A stretch of DNA of 64,000 nt from Desulfobacterales bacterium. GTDB taxonomy: Bacteria > Desulfobacterota > Desulfobacteria > Desulfobacterales > UBA5616. The DNA is taken from positions 96,001-160,000 of the forward strand of contig JAWODC010000092.1 in the NCBI GenBank assembly GCA_046483495.1. The letters are read 5' to 3'. Shown here one piece after another: positions 31,478 through 41,051 of this stretch. The stretch's first letter is position 1, and the number at the start of each line of letters is the position of its first letter. The position numbers and the translations under genes were made by a program. The notes under the pieces were generated by a model that was not told the DNA's origin, did no database searches, and saw only the letters and a program-made list of their open reading frames with translations.

Positions 31478-32698
31478 ATGAAAATCGCCATGCTGACCAG
31501 GGAATATCCCCCTCATATCTATGGCGGCGCCGGCGTTCATGTGGACAATCTGACCCGTGAACTGAGCAGACTCGACAACAGGGCTCACGAGTTTCATGTA
31601 TGGTGTTTTGGTGAACAGGACGGCGTTGAAAAAAACATTCGCATTCGAGGAATTCAACAGCAGCCCCAAATGGGGAACGGCATCTATAATCATCCGGTTA
31701 TCGTGGATGCCCTGACCCGTAACACGGTAATGGCGGATACGGTGCAGCAGGCCGATCTCGTCCATTGTCATACGTGGTACACCCATTTTGCCGGCTGCCT
31801 GCTGAAAGAACTTTTAAGTGTGCCCCTGGTGATAACCACCCACTCGCTGGAACCTCACCGGCCGTGGAAGGAAGAGCAGCTGAAGAGAGGGTATTCGGCC
31901 GCATCCTGGCTGGAGAAAACCGCCTATGAAAACGCGGACGGCGTCATTGCCGTATCCGCAGCGATGAAACAAGACGTTCAGGCGCTTTACCATGTTCCGG
32001 AAAACAGGATCCAAGTGATTCCCAACGGCATCGATGAAAACAGATTCAAATCCACCCGACATCCTGAGCGGGTGAGGGCTTACGGCATCAACCCGAACCA
32101 GCCTTTTATACTGATGGTGGCTCGAATCACCCGGCAAAAGGGCATTTTTCACTTCCTGAGGGCGGCACGTCACCTGAAATCCGATGTCCAGGTGGTTTTA
32201 TGCGCCAGTTCGCCGGATACGCCGGAGTTGATGAGTGACGTTTCGGACAGCGTGTCCCGGACCGAAATGAAAAACGGCAATCCGATTATTTGGATCAAGG
32301 AAAGCGTTCCTGTTGACGACCTGATCGTGCTGTACAGTCATGCCGACGTGTTTGTCTGTCCATCGGTCTATGAACCGTTCGGCATTACACTCCTGGAAGC
32401 GATGGCGTGCGGTTTGCCGGTTGTGGCATCGGCCGTCGGCGGCATCCCGAGCGTCGTTGCAAACGGCAAAACCGGTCGGCTGGTGTCATTTGAAACCGCA
32501 GGCGATAACGGCTTCGAGCCGTCCGATCCGGGACGGTTTGCTCGGGATTTGGCCGAGCAGATCGATGAACTGTTGAATTCTCCGGTACTGCTGTCCCAAA
32601 TGGGAGTCGCCGCCCGGCAGCGGGTGATGAAATACTTTACGTGGAAAAGTATCGCCGAAAAGACATTCATCTTCTACAGCCGGTTAATCGAAGCATAA
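31478..32698 (+). CDS. glgM: Actinobacterial-type GlgA/GlgM (GT4, maltose-1-phosphate synthase-like)
   Basis: LTREYPPHIYGGAGVHV, HCHTWY, HSLEPHRPWKEEQL, RITRQKG, CPSVYEPFG. Confidence 0.88.
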   Translation: MKIAMLTREYPPHIYGGAGVHVDNLTRELSRLDNRAHEFHVWCFGEQDGVEKNIRIRGIQQQPQMGNGIYNHPVIVDALTRNTVMADTVQQADLVHCHTWYTHFAGCLLKELLSVPLVITTHSLEPHRPWKEEQLKRGYSAASWLEKTAYENADGVIAVSAAMKQDVQALYHVPENRIQVIPNGIDENRFKSTRHPERVRAYGINPNQPFILMVARITRQKGIFHFLRAARHLKSDVQVVLCASSPDTPELMSDVSDSVSRTEMKNGNPIIWIKESVPVDDLIVLYSHADVFVCPSVYEPFGITLLEAMACGLPVVASAVGGIPSVVANGKTGRLVSFETAGDNGFEPSDPGRFARDLAEQIDELLNSPVLLSQMGVAARQRVMKYFTWKSIAEKTFIFYSRLIEA

Positions 32699-32720
32699 CC
32701 GGTTATGTGAGACCCATGAC

Positions 32721-35267
32721 ATGAATCCGCCGATTGCCACTTATCGAATACAATTCAACAAAGATTTCGGTTTTGAACAAGCCGCCGAACAGGTGAGCTA
32801 TCTCAAGGAATTGGGCATTTCGCATCTCTATGCATCGCCCTGCCTGGAGGCGGTAAGCGGAAGCGGGCATGGGTATGATGTCGTAAATTTTTCCCGGGTG
32901 AATCCGGAGCTGGGGGGAAGGGCGCAATGGGAGCGGCTGTGCGGTGAATTGAAGAAAGCCGGAATGGGGCTGATTCTGGACATCGTTCCCAATCACATGG
33001 CGGCTCACAGCCGACAGAATTCGATGTGGCGGGATGTGCTGGCGTTCGGAGGGGTAAGTCCCTATGCGGGGTTTTTCGACATTGACTGGGAGACGCCGGA
33101 CGCAAAAACGCGGCATAAAATTCTCCTTCCCATTCTCGGAGATCACTATGACACCTGCCTGAATGAGGGGCTTCTCCAGTTTAAGCGGCGGGACTCGGAA
33201 ATCGTTTTGGCCTATTACGAGCATGACCTGCCGCTTTCGGCACAAACGAAAAACAGGCTCCATGCGTCCGCCGTCAGGCAAAATCGCTCGAAGGAGGGTG
33301 CGGATCGAAACATAGGGGAAACCCCGGAGCCGATGGACGAGCTGCTGCATGCGATCAACCGGAATCCGGATCATATTCACGAACTGCTGGAGCAGCAGCA
33401 TTATGTTCCGGCCTTTTGGCGAACCGCCGCCCACGATATCAACTATCGCCGCTTTTTCGATATCAATGATCTCATCGGTATTCGAATGGAAAAGGAAGCG
33501 GTGTTCAATAAATCCCATCGCCTGATTTTGAAATGGTACACCTGCGGTATGATAGACGGTTTTCGAATCGATCATCCCGACGGGCTCAGTGATCCGGAAG
33601 AATACCTGAATCGTTTGGCAGCATGTGCACCCAACGCTTGGGTGGTGGTTGAAAAAATTCTGTCCGAAAACGAACGCCTTCCGGATAAATGGCCCGTGAA
33701 CGGTACGACAGGATACGATTTTATTCACCATGTAAACGGGCTTTTTGTAGATCCGGACGGGGAGAAGCCTCTGAGCCGTTTATACGAAGCGTTTACCGGT
33801 GAGTCGGTCGATTATACGGCGGTGGTCCGTGAAAAAAAACGACTCGTTCTCCAAAAGCGTTTTTCCGGTGACGTGGCGTCCCTTTCCCGCCGGTTGACGG
33901 CGATTCGGTGCCGGCACCGGCAATTTCGGGACCTGGTGTTTTCGGATCTTCATGACGCGCTTCAGGAAATCATCGCGTGTTTTCCGGTGTACCGCACCTA
34001 TTGCCGGCCCGCCTTGGGGGAGATTTCGCCGGATGATGTCCGGTGGATTGAAACAGCCGTGTCCCGGGCGCGGGAACATCAGCCCCGCATCGATCCGGCA
34101 ACGTGGGAATTTATCGAAAAGCTGCTGATGCTCGATCTGAAAGGCCCCTGCGAAGCGGATTTCGTGACGCGGTTTCAACAGCTTACCGGTCCGGCAATGG
34201 CAAAAGGCGTCGAGGATACCACTTTTTACTGCTACAACCGGTTGGTGTCTTTGAACGAAGTCGGAGGGTACCCCGGCGTGTTCGGAACTGCGGTGGACGA
34301 GTTTCATGACTTCTGCCGGTATATTCAGGCGCAGTTCCCGAAAGGGCTTTCGACCACGGCTACGCATGATACGAAGCGGGGAGAGGATACCCGCCTCCGC
34401 ATAAACATGCTCTCGGAAATTCCCGAGAAGTGGTCTGACGCCGTTCTGCGATGGCACGACATGACGACCGGGTACGATTCCGACCAACGGGTGGACGCCA
34501 ATACGCTGTACTTTCTTTTTCAAACCTTGGTGGGAACCTGGCCGATCGAACTCGAACGGATCACCGCTTATATGCAAAAGGCCGTGCGGGAAGCGAAAGT
34601 GCACACCTCCTGGACAGAAATCGATGACAATTACGAATCCGCCCTTTTGGCATTCATTCGGCAAATCCTGCAGGATAAGGATTTCACCGATGATCTGGAA
34701 GCGTTCGTATCGGGGCTGCTGAAGACCGCCCGAATCGGCTCCCTTTCACAGATACTGATTAAATGCACGGCGCCCGGAGTGCCTGACATTTACCAGGGAA
34801 CCGAATTGTGGGATTTGTCCCTGGTGGACCCGGATAACCGGCGTCCTGTCGATTACGGCCGCCTCCGGCGGTTATTGTCGGAAATCGATCATGTTCCGTC
34901 GGCCGATATCCTTTCCGGCTTCGAAACGGGGCTGGTCAAGCAGTATGTCCTCCGGTCCGCACTGGCGGTCAGGCGGTCGCTTCCGGCCTGCTTCAATGAA
35001 GAAGGCGACTATCACCCCCTGCGGGCGACCGGCGGAAAGGCCGGGCATGTTGTGGCCTTCATTCGCGGCGGATGCTGCATTACCATCGTTCCGAGGCTGC
35101 TTTTCGGCTTAAACGGTGATTGGGATACCACCGTTATCGATCTGCCCCAAGGTACGTGGAAAGATGTGTTTACGCAGCAGAATTATTCAGGGGGTGAAAA
35201 CCGGCTGTCGGATATGACGGCCCGCTTTCCGGTGATGCTTTTGGTGCGTCATCAGGCCCTTCCGTAA
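32721..35267 (+). CDS. treY: Malto-oligosyltrehalose synthase
   Basis: PIATYRIQF, HGYDV, DIVPNHM, RIDHPDGL, ATHDTKRGED, LVDPDNRRPVDY. Confidence 0.97.
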   Translation: MNPPIATYRIQFNKDFGFEQAAEQVSYLKELGISHLYASPCLEAVSGSGHGYDVVNFSRVNPELGGRAQWERLCGELKKAGMGLILDIVPNHMAAHSRQNSMWRDVLAFGGVSPYAGFFDIDWETPDAKTRHKILLPILGDHYDTCLNEGLLQFKRRDSEIVLAYYEHDLPLSAQTKNRLHASAVRQNRSKEGADRNIGETPEPMDELLHAINRNPDHIHELLEQQHYVPAFWRTAAHDINYRRFFDINDLIGIRMEKEAVFNKSHRLILKWYTCGMIDGFRIDHPDGLSDPEEYLNRLAACAPNAWVVVEKILSENERLPDKWPVNGTTGYDFIHHVNGLFVDPDGEKPLSRLYEAFTGESVDYTAVVREKKRLVLQKRFSGDVASLSRRLTAIRCRHRQFRDLVFSDLHDALQEIIACFPVYRTYCRPALGEISPDDVRWIETAVSRAREHQPRIDPATWEFIEKLLMLDLKGPCEADFVTRFQQLTGPAMAKGVEDTTFYCYNRLVSLNEVGGYPGVFGTAVDEFHDFCRYIQAQFPKGLSTTATHDTKRGEDTRLRINMLSEIPEKWSDAVLRWHDMTTGYDSDQRVDANTLYFLFQTLVGTWPIELERITAYMQKAVREAKVHTSWTEIDDNYESALLAFIRQILQDKDFTDDLEAFVSGLLKTARIGSLSQILIKCTAPGVPDIYQGTELWDLSLVDPDNRRPVDYGRLRRLLSEIDHVPSADILSGFETGLVKQYVLRSALAVRRSLPACFNEEGDYHPLRATGGKAGHVVAFIRGGCCITIVPRLLFGLNGDWDTTVIDLPQGTWKDVFTQQNYSGGENRLSDMTARFPVMLLVRHQALP

Positions 35268-36748
35268 ATGACGGCGATTTCCTTCAGCCGATTTCGTGTA
35301 AAAGAGGCCATCTGCGTTTTCGATAACCGCCACTGCCAGTTCGACCTGCTTTTCGCCGGCCGATTCAACCGGGCGTCCTCGCCCAGGCCCAGAAGATCCT
35401 GCATGGGAATGACGGTCAGATTCGCCCGGGACATCATCGCGAGACGAACCAATTCCCAGGACACATCTTTTTCCGTCGTGCGCCGTCCGATATAGGTAAA
35501 GAGCCTTTCTTTATCCTTTTTCGACAACTCCGTTTTGAACCAGCCCCGAACCGTATTGGTATCATGGGTCCCGGTGTAGGCTACCGCATTCTGCGGAATA
35601 TTATGGAACGCATTGGGATTTTCGGAAAGGTCGTTTGAAAAGCCGAAAACGAGAAGCCGCATGCCGGCAAAGGAGTAATTATGCATGATTTCCCGAACGT
35701 CGGGTGTAATGACACCCAAATCTTCCGCAATAATGGGCGGAGCAATGAAGCGCCGCATCAGATGGTCGAAAAACGTCCGGACCGGCAGCGAAACCCAATG
35801 GCCGTTTACGGCCGTTTTTTCGTTTGCCGGTATTTCCCAGCATGCGACCAGCCCGCGAAAATGGTCGATGCGCACCAGATCGAACAGCGAAAGGTTGTGG
35901 GCCATCCGGTCCAGCCACCAAGAGAAGCCGCTCTTTTTCAGGGCATCCCACCGGTACACCGGATGGCCCCAGCGCTGGCCGGTTTTGCTGAAATAATCTG
36001 GCGGAACCCCTGAAACCACGTAAGGGCGGTTTTCCGAGTCGAGTTTGAAAATGTCCGTATTGGACCAGACATCGGCGCTTTCATAGGGGACATAAATAGG
36101 GATATCGCCGAAAATGTGAACGAGACGTTTATTTCCATATGCTTTAAGACGGCGCCATTGAGTAAATGCAACGAACTGCAGAAACTTGATGCCGTCGATT
36201 TCCTCTGCGAATTGCGCTGTATTCCGTTTCAGGGCTTTTGAGTCCCGTTTACGAAGGTCTTCGGACCATGTGTTCCAGTCGTCGTTGTTGAATCGATTTT
36301 TCAGCACCGTAAACAAGGCGAAATCATCGAGCCATGCCGCGTTTTCGGTTATGAACGTGTCGTATTCGGGCTGCCGTCCTGAACGTTTAAATGCCGCGAA
36401 GGCGGATTTGAACAATTTTTCCTTATATTTCAGCACGCGGGAGTAAACGACGCGATCCGTCCTGAACAGGGGCGGATTTGCAATGAGCTTTTTCTCGAGG
36501 AGGCCGTCGTCAACCATGATTTCAGGGCTGATGAGAAGCGGATTCAACGCGTAGGCGGATGCACTGTGATAAGGGGAATGCCCGTGGGCGGGCGATGTGG
36601 GATTCAACGGCAGCATTTGCCACACCCGCTGTCCGGTTTCTTTCAAAAAATCGACGAATGCATAGGCACCCGGTCCCATGTCACCGATGCCGAAATCGGA
36701 TGGGAGGCTGAATACGGGGAGCAGGATGCCGCTGCTGCGGATTTTCAT
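35252..36748 (-). CDS. malQ: 4-alpha-glucanotransferase (amylomaltase)
   Basis: RSSGILL..FSLP, GVPPDYFS.TGQ.WG.P, RIDHFRG, AEDLG, YTGTHD. Confidence 0.97.
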   Translation of the reverse strand: MKIRSSGILLPVFSLPSDFGIGDMGPGAYAFVDFLKETGQRVWQMLPLNPTSPAHGHSPYHSASAYALNPLLISPEIMVDDGLLEKKLIANPPLFRTDRVVYSRVLKYKEKLFKSAFAAFKRSGRQPEYDTFITENAAWLDDFALFTVLKNRFNNDDWNTWSEDLRKRDSKALKRNTAQFAEEIDGIKFLQFVAFTQWRRLKAYGNKRLVHIFGDIPIYVPYESADVWSNTDIFKLDSENRPYVVSGVPPDYFSKTGQRWGHPVYRWDALKKSGFSWWLDRMAHNLSLFDLVRIDHFRGLVACWEIPANEKTAVNGHWVSLPVRTFFDHLMRRFIAPPIIAEDLGVITPDVREIMHNYSFAGMRLLVFGFSNDLSENPNAFHNIPQNAVAYTGTHDTNTVRGWFKTELSKKDKERLFTYIGRRTTEKDVSWELVRLAMMSRANLTVIPMQDLLGLGEDARLNRPAKSRSNWQWRLSKTQMASFTRNRLKEIAVIYGRA

Positions 36749-36758
36749 GACGGATTCC

Positions 36759-39191
36759 TTAGGTTTCGTCCGGTATTTCGATCGCCAGTTTTCGGCAAAC
36801 CGATTGAAACAATTCGATCCAGGTGCGGTTTTTTTCGTCGGTTTCGGGTTTTTGCTTCACTTCCGGATACACCCGTGTCAACAGGTCATACACCGTGTTC
36901 TGAACACGCCGTAAATTCGTCTCGAATGGAAAATAGGATAAAATGGTCAGTAAAGCATCCAATTCCTGCAGCTGTTCGAGATCATCCGGTGCTCCATACA
37001 GGTGGATCGACATGTCTTCCAGGCGGCGACGGATCGCCATCTCCAGTGTGGGCGCATCCAGGGAGATGCCGGAGAGGTACGCCTCTTCGACGGCCTGATG
37101 AATCCGTTCCGGATCAACACCTTCCTGTTCGATCATGGTTTTAAGGTCGAGATTGGATATGTATTCCGCGGCCGCCAAAAGGGATTTGGGCGCCGGCATT
37201 CCCGCATCCTTCAAAAATCGCAGCAAGGGGGCATTTGCCTCGTATATTTGCCGGTAAATGCCTTCCGTGGTCTCCAGTGTGGCGCTCAGAATTTGACCGG
37301 TTATCCGGCGCTGCTGATCCCGGAACAGGGTTCTTAGTGAATAGCCGGATACATCCAGCATTTTTTCAAGCAGTTGGAGGGTTTCCGGAAAAGCGGCCAG
37401 GTTGAAGGTTTCGAAAAGGCGGTGGGTGTCCTCTTCCTTGGGCTCGTCGGGCAGGCATATTCGAACACAGCCGCTGATGTTGTGATCGCCCCAATGGAGC
37501 ACGCCGAAGCAGAACCGGTCATGTTCCAGAGTGGTGTCCGAACAGATTACCGCCCGCCCGAGCGCCAGTTTGGTGTTGCCGACTTCCGCCTTGGTGTAGG
37601 ATTCCTGATCGACGGTATAGCAAAAAAGTTTTTCCGAACCGGGATTTTCATAAAACAGGGAGCTGATGGCGTAATGGGCGCAGACCGTTTTTAAATCCAC
37701 CATTGCCGGTTTGACGAATTTTTCGTAGATGTACCGCCCGTTCTTATATTCGGGAATATTGGAAGGGACTTTTTGCATCAGCCTCAGAAAACCCGCCTCC
37801 AGTTCTTTGGTTACCATATCTTTTGCAATTTGAATCACCCTTCCGGCATACTGAATCACCTGCACGGTTTCGATCCCCGAAAGTTCGTCGAAAAACCAGC
37901 CGCAGCTCGTGTACATGAGCATGGCATGCCGCTGAAGTTCGAGCAGTTTGAGGGCGTGCCGCGTGTCCGCCTCAGTCATTTCGCAGGCGGCGTGCTTTCG
38001 CATGAAGGCGTCGATCGTTTCCGGCGTGCGGTTCAGGATAATGTCGATGTAGTCGTTTCGAGCCGCCCAGGCGTTTTTCAGGTTTCGTTCGATGCGGTGC
38101 TCATAAATCGGAGTCAACGTATCCCGGAGCCAGTCCAGGGCATCCCTCAATGGTTTGCGCCAGGACTGGTTCCAACCGGGATGGCCGCCGGAACTGCAGC
38201 CGCAATCCGCCCGCCACCGATCCACACCGTGGGGGCAGCTCCACGAGCTGTTCTCGAAAATCTCTACCTCATGCACCGGCGGGTGCTTTTCAAGGAATTC
38301 GCCGTAATTGGTCAGCTGGGCGAGTTTTTGAGATTCGATGTAGTGGAGCGCGTAAGCCAGTGCCATATCCCCGTGGTAGTGATGATGGCCGTAGCTTTCG
38401 CCGTCCGTGGCGATATGCAGCATCTGGGAATCCTCGCGCTCTTCTGAAAATCCGGACATGAGGCGTTCGGCAAACCACTCCCCCTTGCCCAGTATGCCCT
38501 CGAACGCAACGGCACGGGAAATGGCGCCGTCATAGAAAAACAGGCTGAATTCCCTGCCTGAGGGCAATGCAACTTTATAGGCGGTCGTGGGATCGATGCG
38601 TCCGCCGCTGACATCTTCCCAGTCATCCGCATCCTCCTTTTTCACCTGGTGCGCCTGAAAGGGTGAGAGAATGGTGAAGGCAATGCCGTAGTCGGCCATC
38701 AGATCCAGGGTGGCCAGGTCGACTGCAGTCTCGGGCAGCCACATGCCTTCGGGGAGTCGACCGAAGCGGTGCTTGAAATCCGCGATTCCCCACAAAATCT
38801 GGGTGGTCTTGTCGTTGTCGGAGGCCAGCGGCATGATCATGTGGTTGAATGCCTGCGCAAGAGCCGAACCGTGTCCTGAAAAACGTTCGCGGCTTTCCAA
38901 ATCCGCCTCGAGGATTTTCCGGTAAACGCTCGGCGCATGATATTCCAGCCAGCTCAGAAGGGTCGGGCCGAAATTGAAGCTGATCCGGCTGTAATTGTTG
39001 ACGATGTCGACGATGTTGCCGCTGTCGTTCAATATGCGGCTTGCGGCATTTGCAGCGTAGCATTCCGCTGAAATGCGTTCATTCCAGTCATGATACGGAT
39101 AGGCGCTGTCCTGGACCTCGACTTCCTCGAGCCACGCATTTTCCCTCGGCGGCTGATAAAAATGTCCGTGAATGCATATGTATCGGTTCAT
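36759..39191 (-). CDS. GH57 glycoside hydrolase with DUF3536 domain
   Basis: IHGHFYQPPREN, GMWLPETAVD, ATDGESYGHH, MYTSCGWFFDE. Confidence 0.93.
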   Translation of the reverse strand: MNRYICIHGHFYQPPRENAWLEEVEVQDSAYPYHDWNERISAECYAANAASRILNDSGNIVDIVNNYSRISFNFGPTLLSWLEYHAPSVYRKILEADLESRERFSGHGSALAQAFNHMIMPLASDNDKTTQILWGIADFKHRFGRLPEGMWLPETAVDLATLDLMADYGIAFTILSPFQAHQVKKEDADDWEDVSGGRIDPTTAYKVALPSGREFSLFFYDGAISRAVAFEGILGKGEWFAERLMSGFSEEREDSQMLHIATDGESYGHHHYHGDMALAYALHYIESQKLAQLTNYGEFLEKHPPVHEVEIFENSSWSCPHGVDRWRADCGCSSGGHPGWNQSWRKPLRDALDWLRDTLTPIYEHRIERNLKNAWAARNDYIDIILNRTPETIDAFMRKHAACEMTEADTRHALKLLELQRHAMLMYTSCGWFFDELSGIETVQVIQYAGRVIQIAKDMVTKELEAGFLRLMQKVPSNIPEYKNGRYIYEKFVKPAMVDLKTVCAHYAISSLFYENPGSEKLFCYTVDQESYTKAEVGNTKLALGRAVICSDTTLEHDRFCFGVLHWGDHNISGCVRICLPDEPKEEDTHRLFETFNLAAFPETLQLLEKMLDVSGYSLRTLFRDQQRRITGQILSATLETTEGIYRQIYEANAPLLRFLKDAGMPAPKSLLAAAEYISNLDLKTMIEQEGVDPERIHQAVEEAYLSGISLDAPTLEMAIRRRLEDMSIHLYGAPDDLEQLQELDALLTILSYFPFETNLRRVQNTVYDLLTRVYPEVKQKPETDEKNRTWIELFQSVCRKLAIEIPDET

Positions 39192-41047
39192 GCGGGTATC
39201 CCCTGTGTTTCTAAAAATACGAGACAGGCGTAAGCGCCCAAATTCATCCGCACGCTTCCGTCCGAGGTCAGTTCATGGTTTTTGCCGGTATCTTTTGCAT
39301 TTGCCGGGGTGATGGAATCCATCCTTTTTTGCCAATTACCGGCGGGTACGGGTATGCCGAGGCTTATGGGCCGGTCTGAAAGGTTGAAAATCATAAAGGC
39401 GCGGCCGGTCTGCCCCCGGACGGTGAGGCATATCACGGGGTGGGGGGAAATGAGTTCGCCCATTTTGCCGATTTTTACAGGTCCGGCCGGACCGTAAATG
39501 TCGCTTCTCAAGCGGATTAAATCCCGGTAATAGAAAAAGAGATGTTGGTGGTTTTCGGATGATTGCCGAAGGGTTTGGTTCAGAACGGCGCTGTCAAATG
39601 TGGCCCTGTCCTGGGGATCCGGCGGTTCCTCCCCCCATTTGAAGGATTCGAATTCCCGTTTCCGGCCTTCCCTCACCGCTTGAACCAGATCGGGATCGGT
39701 ATGGCTGACAAAATATGGAAAAGGTGCGGTTTCACCGTATTCTTCGCCCATAAACAGCAGCGGCAGGTAGGGGGACAGCAGAACCATGGCCGCAGCCGTT
39801 TTGACGGCGTTTTCCGGAACTAAACGGGTTAGGCGGTCTCCCTTTAAACGGTTGCCGATTTGATCGTGATTCTGAATAAACACCACGAATTTTTCGGAAG
39901 GCATCGATCGGGAGGAATTGCCGTGGCGGCGTTTTCGAAATTCGGAATAGACGCCGTCGTATACGAACCCGTCATTCAATGACTTCACCATCTGCTCCGG
40001 ACGGCCGAAATCCTGGTAATATCCCGCACGTTCACCGGTCAAAAGCGTATGCAGGGCGTGATGAAAGTCGTCGTTCCACTGAGCGTCCAATCCGTATCCG
40101 CCGGCTTCGGGCGGGCGCAGCAGGCGGACGTCGTTCAAGGCGCTTTCGGGAATCAGGAAAATGCGGCGGTCGAGATGTTCTGCCAACGTGCCGATCGCAT
40201 CTCCGAGTTCGTGCAGAAAGGGATAGGCGGAAAAATCGAGAATGGCATGCACCGCATCGAGTCGAAGTGCATCCATGTGAAATTCGCTGAACCAGTAAAC
40301 CGCATTCTCGATAAAATAGCGGCGGACTTCGTCGCTGTAAGCGCCATCGAAGTTGATGTGCTCCCCCCAGGGCGTTTTGTACCGGTCCGAGAAATAAGAT
40401 CCGAAATCGCGAAGGTAGTTGCCTTCCGGACCAAGGTGATTGTAAACCACATCCAGTACAACGGCCAGGCCTTTCCCGTGGCATGCGTTTACCAGGCGTT
40501 TCAAGCCGTTCGGCCCGCCGTAGGTATTTTGAACGGCAAACGGGTAGACCCCGTCATAGCCCCAGTTCCGGTCTCCGGGAAATTGGGCTACGGGCATCAA
40601 TTCAACCGCTGTGACCCCCAGGTCCGCGATTTCATCCAGATGAGGAATAACGGCATCGAAAGTCCCCTCACGGGTAAAGGTGCCCACATGGAGTTCGTAG
40701 AAGATGTATCGGGACAACTCCGGTCCGCACCATGCCCCGTCCGTCCAGTCGAACCGGGGATCGGTTACCTCGGAAGGGTCGTGTATGCCGTCGGGCTGAC
40801 TGCCTGAAGCCGGGTCCGGCCTTTCGATGCGCTTGTCCAGGCGGTAGAGGTACCGGGTGCCGGGTGAGATCCCGTCGAACTCTCCGGAGAAATAGCCCCG
40901 ATCTTCCGGTTGAAGAGCGCGGATATCCTCGACGGGGCCGGTAATGTGCACCTCCGCCGTTTCGGCCGCCGGCGCCCAGACGCGAAATCGGGTTTTGCCG
41001 CTTTTAAGGCGAACGGCGCCCAAGGTCCTTGGGGAATACGTTTTCAT
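39188..41047 (-). CDS. treZ: Malto-oligosyltrehalose trehalohydrolase
   Basis: FRVWAP, YELHVGTF, NWGYDGV, LRLDAVHAI, QNHDQIGNR. Confidence 0.96.
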   Translation of the reverse strand: MKTYSPRTLGAVRLKSGKTRFRVWAPAAETAEVHITGPVEDIRALQPEDRGYFSGEFDGISPGTRYLYRLDKRIERPDPASGSQPDGIHDPSEVTDPRFDWTDGAWCGPELSRYIFYELHVGTFTREGTFDAVIPHLDEIADLGVTAVELMPVAQFPGDRNWGYDGVYPFAVQNTYGGPNGLKRLVNACHGKGLAVVLDVVYNHLGPEGNYLRDFGSYFSDRYKTPWGEHINFDGAYSDEVRRYFIENAVYWFSEFHMDALRLDAVHAILDFSAYPFLHELGDAIGTLAEHLDRRIFLIPESALNDVRLLRPPEAGGYGLDAQWNDDFHHALHTLLTGERAGYYQDFGRPEQMVKSLNDGFVYDGVYSEFRKRRHGNSSRSMPSEKFVVFIQNHDQIGNRLKGDRLTRLVPENAVKTAAAMVLLSPYLPLLFMGEEYGETAPFPYFVSHTDPDLVQAVREGRKREFESFKWGEEPPDPQDRATFDSAVLNQTLRQSSENHQHLFFYYRDLIRLRSDIYGPAGPVKIGKMGELISPHPVICLTVRGQTGRAFMIFNLSDRPISLGIPVPAGNWQKRMDSITPANAKDTGKNHELTSDGSVRMNLGAYACLVFLETQGIPA

Positions 41048-41051
41048 GATG

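Noticed and set aside
32703..34664. Long antisense ORFs (342 and 294 aa) within treY; similar ones at 4091, 18881, 40049, 49118 and 60405
   Set aside because: Shadow frames of well-supported genes, with no motifs
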